A stretch of 64,000 nucleotides of DNA from assembly GCA_963514005.1 (NCBI GenBank), contig OY740797.1, positions 24,924,001-24,988,000 of the forward strand, written 5' to 3'. The stretch is from Raja brachyura. Lineage: Eukaryota. Positions 61,104 to 64,000 of this stretch are shown here, piece after piece; the first letter of the stretch is position 1, and each line of letters starts with the position of its first letter. The translations under genes and the position numbers were made by a program. Under the pieces are notes generated by a model. That model was not told the DNA's origin. It was given only the letters and a program-made list of their open reading frames with translations, and did no database searches.

Positions 61104-62624
61104 CTGTGAAAAATGGCACCCACAGGAAACTGTAATTTGTTCCCACAAACTGAACGTACAAGGAGGATCCAGACAAATGAAACTTGGAATTACTTCTTGT
61201 CCACAGCAAGCGTGGGATGAGAGAGAGGGAGCAGGAAGATTTTTGCGGAAGTAGCATGAGTGATGATTTGGCTGTGATCCAATTGGTCTTTGACATCAGA
61301 TTGCTACATCTAGGGGCTGGGAGATTGCAACCTTCGCGTGGTGCGCCCTGTTTCGACGAATGCAATCAACCTGCCGTGCAAAATCAAATGATATCAAATA
61401 GAACCAGTTGTCCTACAACTTTAGACTGTGCACGCCATAAGCAAGAATAAGAAGCTACATAAAAAAAGAGAAAATAACACAGAGGTAAAATAAATCACTG
61501 GAGATAATCTATAATGTTCTAATAGCATGTACACAAAAGGCCAGATTGGAACTGAAGAATGCCGTGAAGCTGCCACATTGCTCACACTTCCTCCTCGATA
61601 ACTGTCAGCACAATGGCACCTCAAGGCTGTGTGCTCATACTATACCCATGGATGTGCACCCGGTACTGTTCCAACTCAACCTTTAAATTTGCAGACTACA
61701 CCACCGTTGATGAACTAATTACAGGTAATGATGTGTCAGAATAGAGGTGGGAGATCCATCATCTGATCAAAGTGTGCTGGAACAACAATCTGGCTCTCAA
61801 TGTCAGTAAGATTGCTGATTGTTGACTTTAGAAAAGGAAGGACAAGGATAGTCAGCCTATCTTCATTGACTGGTCAGTGATGGAGAGAGTCAAAAACTTC
61901 AACTTCTTTGGCATGCATATTTATGAAGATCTGTGCCGAACTCCGCACATCCATACATTAATATGAAAGCCTTCCAATGCTTCTAGTTCCTAAGAAGATT
62001 GAGGAGATTCGATATGTTGTCATTGAGTCATACAACGTGGAAACATGCCCTTCGGCCCAACTTGCCCACATCGGCCAACTTTTCAAAGCAACACTCGTCC
62101 CACCTGCCCGCATTTGGCCCATATCCCTCCAAACCTGCCCTATCCATATATCCGTCTAACTGTTTCTTAAACTTTGGTATAGACCCTGTCACAAGTACCT
62201 CATCGAGCAGCAGGTTCCATACCCACCATCCTTTGCTGAAAAGGTTACCCCTCAGTTTCCTATTAAATCTTTTCACCTCGATTCACTTACTCTGGCAAAG
62301 AGGCTCTGTGCATCTACCGGAACTATTCCTCTCATGAATTTATAAACCCCCATAAGATCACACTTCCTCCTCCTGAGCGTCAATAAATACCCTACTCCAC
62401 CTCACCCTACAACTCAGACCCACTAGTATGGCAACATCCTGGTATGTCTTCTCTGCACCCTTTCCTGCTTGACAACATCTTTAAACGAAAGCACTCTTAA
62501 TCCTTTACAGTATATGGTAGATAGCGTATTAACAGGTTGCATCATGCCCTGGTTCGGAACACCCAGGAAAGGAATTACAATAAGTGGTGGACACTGCCCA
62601 GTCCATCAGGTGTTCCGACCTTCC

Positions 62625-62925
62625 AGAGATAGTGCGGAAACAGGTCCTTCGGGCCATCGATTCCGCGACAACCAGCGAACCCCGCATATTAACACCATCA
62701 GACACACACTGGTGATATTTTCTACATTCACCAAGCCAACTTACAAACATACCTGTACGTCTTTGGGGTGTGGGAGGAAACAGAAGATCTCGGAGAGAAT
62801 TCACGCGGTCACGGGGAGAACGTACATTCTCTGGACAGACCACACCCGTAGTCAGGATCGATCGCGGGTCTCCGACGCTGCAAGCGCTGAGGCAGCAACT
62901 CTACCGCTGCGCCACCGTGCCGCGT
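62625..62925 (-). mobile_element. HE1/V-SINE-like SINE
   Basis: Same family as 24-320. Confidence 0.75.
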
Positions 62926-63749
62926 TTTCTTGGGGGGACGGAAGTGTGCGGGGTGGGGGGGGGGGGGGGGGAGTGATTTAACAGATTGAAAGTTTAGCAA
63001 TAGCCATGACTCAATACGAAATCGGACACAATCTATAAAGGCAAAGAAGCGTCACCAACATGCTCCCGTCCACGCAACAAAAGCATTCTTTCTACATCGG
63101 TGGGTAAATCTTTGAGCTCCATCCCAAACAGATCTATGCAAGTGCTCCCACCAGAGAAATTCCGGGGATCGTTCTCTTCCATCCAGTAGCAGACACTCCA
63201 GCAGCTGTTCTAAAGGTTTCTTAGGCTTTTTTTTCCGCTGGGGTGTGGTGGTGGTGGTGGGGGGGGGGGGGGGGGGGGGGGGGGGGTTGGAATAGGGGGA
63301 AAGGGAAACCGTTTCTCAGTCACTTACCTGGATGGAGATGCTTCTTTTCTCTGTGTCGCATCTTCGCCCACCCCCCTCGCGGCCCATCAACAGGATTGGC
63401 GCGGCCTTTCCTGCCGGAGACCGGCCAGAGCTTCAGCAGCGGCGCAGCACTGAATTACCATCGCGGAGCGGGACAATCGCTTGCTGGGAATGGCCTGGGT
63501 TGGAGCTCCGGAGTGTTGGGCCTGCTGACCTTAACACCGTGGAGCTGTGGAGCTGTGGAGCTTCTAACGGCGGGCGGCGCTGACGGTAACATAGCGGAGG
63601 CCTGGGATCCCTTGCCCGGGGGGTCGCCAGTGTTGGAGCTCCGCCCAGCCCGGGCTGTGGACCGGAAACCGCGGTCTCGGGTAGGAAGCCGCCGATTCGG
63701 AAACTACAAGCCGCTGAGTGTGGGCGAGAGGGTTTTGTTTATTCATCAA

Positions 63750-63985
63750 GCAAAAGAGAAGTGATTCGAGTGGAATTGCTGCTCTTCAATTTAAAGGCAA
63801 ATTAGCCAGCACCCCAAAGGAAAAGCAGAGGCACATAGAAAACAATACCAGTCTACATTCACCAAAGAAGACATCACTAACATCCCCTCATCAGGACCTA
63901 GACAGGCTCCAAGGATTTCTGATGTGTCCATCACTACTGAGGGTATAATGAAACTTCTTAAGAATCTTGATGCAAACAAAGCCTT
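63750..63985 (+). mobile_element. CR1-clade LINE ORF2 fragment (pre-RT region)
   Basis: ...QYQSTFTKED...ITTEGIMKLLKNLDANKA. Confidence 0.6.
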
Positions 63986-64000
63986 CTTACTTTCTACTTC

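Overview
This is eukaryotic, repeat-rich vertebrate DNA. The repeats (HE1/V-SINE-type tRNA SINEs, CR1 3' ends, Penelope termini, Rex1) point to a cartilaginous fish, probably a skate or ray; this is inferred, not proven. The genic content, largely missed by the ORF track, is a cluster of three paralogous, non-rearranging Ig-superfamily receptor genes (leader / VJ-type V / C1 / TM / multi-exon tyrosine-motif tail), reconstructed by hand from GT-AG sites and intron phases. Gene A (+, 9761-17528, 7 exons, 353 aa) has a neutral TM and an ITIM-bearing tail, so it is inhibitory-type. Gene B (+, 30268-39052 or -41452) has an N-x-x-R transmembrane motif like FcRgamma-coupled activating receptors, a short-tail terminal exon, and a separate downstream ITIM exon. 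Gene C (-, about 61103-48728) has disrupted V and TM exons but open C1 and ITIM/ITIM/ITSM tail exons. The best family comparison is SIRP-like or NKp30-like paired receptors; no ortholog can be named from sequence alone. The rest is transposon debris, including Penelope-type termini with minimal hammerhead-ribozyme cores, plus one 206-nt assembly gap. Repeat boundaries are approximate and repeat family names rest on recognition, not a database search.
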